Positions 61,495 to 64,000 of a DNA stretch of 64,000 nucleotides are shown one piece after another. Made by a program: the position numbers and the translations under genes. Each line of letters starts with the position of its first letter. Within the stretch, counting starts at the first letter, position 1. The DNA comes from Guillardia theta CCMP2712 (lineage: Eukaryota > Protista > Cryptophyta), in assembly GCF_000315625.1 (NCBI RefSeq), contig NW_005434642.1, positions 283,131-347,130 on the forward strand. Reading direction: 5' to 3'. A model generated the notes under the pieces. That model had not been told where the DNA came from. It did no database searches and saw nothing but the letters and a program-made list of their open reading frames with translations.

Positions 61495-63310
61495 ATGAAG
61501 CCTAGCAGGCGGGGGTTGGCACTAGTGCTGGTGCTCTTAGCGGCGCATGCAGGCCTGGATGAAGGGAAGGAGGAGGAGTCGAGCACAGGAACGCTCCCTC
61601 ATCCGATCCCAGGTGAGTTGAGAGATGCCAGCTCCGTTGCTCTCACATTCTTGCTCGCCCCAGGTACAGCAAGGCCGTCGTGGAGGGGAGATGAAGGAAG
61701 GTGTCCACAAGGTGGCGAGGATCAGTCGTACGTTCCGACTCCTCGACCGTCGGCTATGGTAGCAGAGATGGAGTCCATGCTCGTCGTCAGAACCAACACT
61801 CCCTACCCCTTCTGGTTCGCACTCCCGACCAGCGAGGCGAACCCAGGATACCTCTCCAACTCTGCCAGGGACACGCGTGTCATGAACCCGTCGGGGTCAG
61901 TCATTATGCACGCGCTGCTCGAAGCTCAGTGCCGCGTCATGAAGGGGGGTCGAGCTCCCCTGGTTGTTGACGTCGGAGCGCATGTGGGATGGTTTACGAT
62001 GATGGCTGCGTCATATGGGTGTCGGGTCCTTGCCATCGAACCACAGCCGCATGCTCACGTGTTCTTGAATGCTTCCCTGCTGCTGAATGGATGGAAGGTA
62101 TGTGCCATGCCACGTCACCACTAGTTGGTTGTCTTACACGTTGCTTGTGAAGGGCAGGATTGATGTGGTACATGCTGCCGTCGGCGACAAGGGGGGTAGC
62201 GTGAAGATGGTCAACAGGCATGGTTGGGACAACTGGGATGTCACTGAGATGACAGACGTGGACGATGATGCGCCTGGTGATGTTGTGCGACAAGTTCGAC
62301 TGGATGATCTTGTTGACGACGACATCCTACTGCTCAAAATCGATGCGGAGGGGGCGGAAGACCTGGTCATGAGATCGGCTTTGCGGATCCTGGAGGGTCG
62401 AAAGATAGATTCGATTCTTCTTGAGGCGAAGGGCAGCAGTGACGAAGCAAGAAATGAATTCAAGAAGGGGGTGTTCAAAGGGCTGGTGGAAAAAGGATAC
62501 ACCGCATATGAGTTTTACGAAGAGGTAGCACCTTGCTCCCCGACTGTAGCTTGTGACGTTTGGTGCAGGTTGGCCGATCTGTGTTTTCGTGGAACCTGCA
62601 TGACCATTTGTTTCCTCTCCAAGTAAGAAGAGGGGGAGTGAGTTAGACTTGAATCGTTCACGATATGATTTGATGTTCAGAAAACTCTCTCTTTCGAGAA
62701 TTGGCCTTCTGAGCAAGTTTTCGAGGACCACCTTTTCGTGAGGCAGGATCTTGACCTTCCCAAGGTGAGAAGGTGAACCATTTGACACATGTACTTTCTG
62801 AAGCGATGTCTACAGCCAGGAACTGTTTCTATACTCTTCCCCCCGATGGACCACGTGTTCCGGGACCCTTCAAAGATAGCTCTGGTCTTCGCTCTGTACA
62901 ACTACACCAGCACGGTGAGACCTGCGTCCGCCCTGATCACTTGTCACGAAAGATCTTGATCATCAGGACGGTTCTTTGAACATCAGCATCAACAAGAGAA
63001 GCTTGGTAGAGAAAATCGTTCCAGGGTCAGGAAATCATGTTGGACGCGACGTCGAATATTTCACGCTGCTGCTGCCAGAATTGCCGGAGGCCCATCACTT
63101 CATCACAGTGAGAGCATTGGACATGGTATTCCGATGCGCCTTGTGGTTTCGACCTGACCGTCTTGTTGCAGCAGGGCGAGGAGCTCCTGGAGAACGTGGG
63201 CTCGGAGGATACAGTTCACTTCACTGTGAACCCGCGGGGAGCGAGCATGTCTTCGGCGATCGCCTGGCACTGCTCGAGGTTCTTAGACGAGTCTCATTGC
63301 AGATGAAATT
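61495..63310 (+). CDS. FkbM-family SAM-dependent methyltransferase with signal peptide, multi-exon; 3' end approximate
   Basis: Signal peptide LALVLVLLAAHAG; VVDVGAHVGWFT...VLAIEPQP; VHAAVGD; ILLLKIDAEGAE. Confidence 0.88.
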
Positions 63311-63745
63311 ACGGAGAAAGAATGCACATCACAGCAGCGAGCCTTTCATCCCCTGCCCTCCTCTCCTCATCCTGATCCTTCCCGCCTTCTCCTGCTTCTC
63401 CTCTGATGATCCTCTCCTACGCTTCCACCCATCTTCTCCTTCTCCCTTCTCCGCTTCGCTTCTTGGCGATACATCTACATCAGAATCTTTCCTTGTCAAG
63501 ACAAAACTGTCCTTTTGACAAGTACTGGTCCTGCCCTCTTACCAACGGTCTCTTGGGAGGCGAGGGGTTAGGGGTTAGGGGGTACTTATGCACCCACCCA
63601 CCCTCGTGTATTCCATCAATTCACAGTTGAAAATCTTGGAATTCGATAGGTAGAGGGTCACTACCCCTACCCACAGAATCAACGGCTCACTGATTTTTCG
63701 GTATCCGACAATGGAGGCGGGCCAAGAAGAGCGCAAGGGAGCTCG

Positions 63746-63890
63746 AGAGGAGGGAGGGAGGGAGGGAGGGAGGGAGGGAGGGAGGGAGGGNNNNNNNNNN
63801 NNNNNNNNNNNNNNNNNNNNNNNNNNNNNNNNNNNNNNNNNNNNNNNNNNNNNNNNNNNNNNNNNNNNNNNNNNNNNNNNNNNNNNNNNN
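63746..63890. other. (GGGA)n microsatellite running into a 100-N assembly gap
   Basis: (GGGA)n at 63746-63790, N run at 63791-63890. Confidence 0.97.
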
Positions 63891-64000
63891 AGGTATCCCA
63901 AGACTTGGTGTCTTCGCATGGGGCGGAGCTCCAGGAAACATCGGGGGTAATTTGCCTTTACACATACCGGGCAACTCTCCTATTGCACTGCCGACGCTCT

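Overview
Gene-dense eukaryotic nuclear DNA with many short (~40-60 bp) spliceosomal introns and a 100-N assembly gap at 63791-63890. Intron size, the number of PDZ proteins, type II membrane orphans and the intergenic style suggest a cryptophyte alga (Guillardia-like); this is inference, not a database match. About 28 protein-coding genes can be traced by hand. They include NAD kinase, pirin, an intronless purine nucleoside phosphorylase, three PDZ proteins (one BTB-BACK-PDZ), a TPR protein, NDUFS5, a GT4 glycosyltransferase, two intronless MAM33/C1QBP paralogues, snurportin-1, polyprenol reductase, a sulfotransferase, a Zn-finger SDR, SYF2, ALG8, a HAD/FMN-hydrolase-like protein, eEF2, a RAD5/HLTF-like SNF2-RING helicase, an FkbM methyltransferase and several orphans. 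No rRNA, tRNA, CRISPR array or autonomous transposon was seen. The most striking unexplained structure is an orientation-dependent intergenic grammar. TACCCC/GGGGTA-rich islands sit just upstream of start codons and between head-to-head genes. CpG-rich islands of scrambled palindromic words sit at head-to-tail junctions. Tail-to-tail junctions have neither. A type II membrane protein made of about 10-11 copies of an unrecognised VTxxD(I/V)xR(L/Y)GL repeat is the most novel-looking protein. Boundaries of spliced genes are manual estimates.
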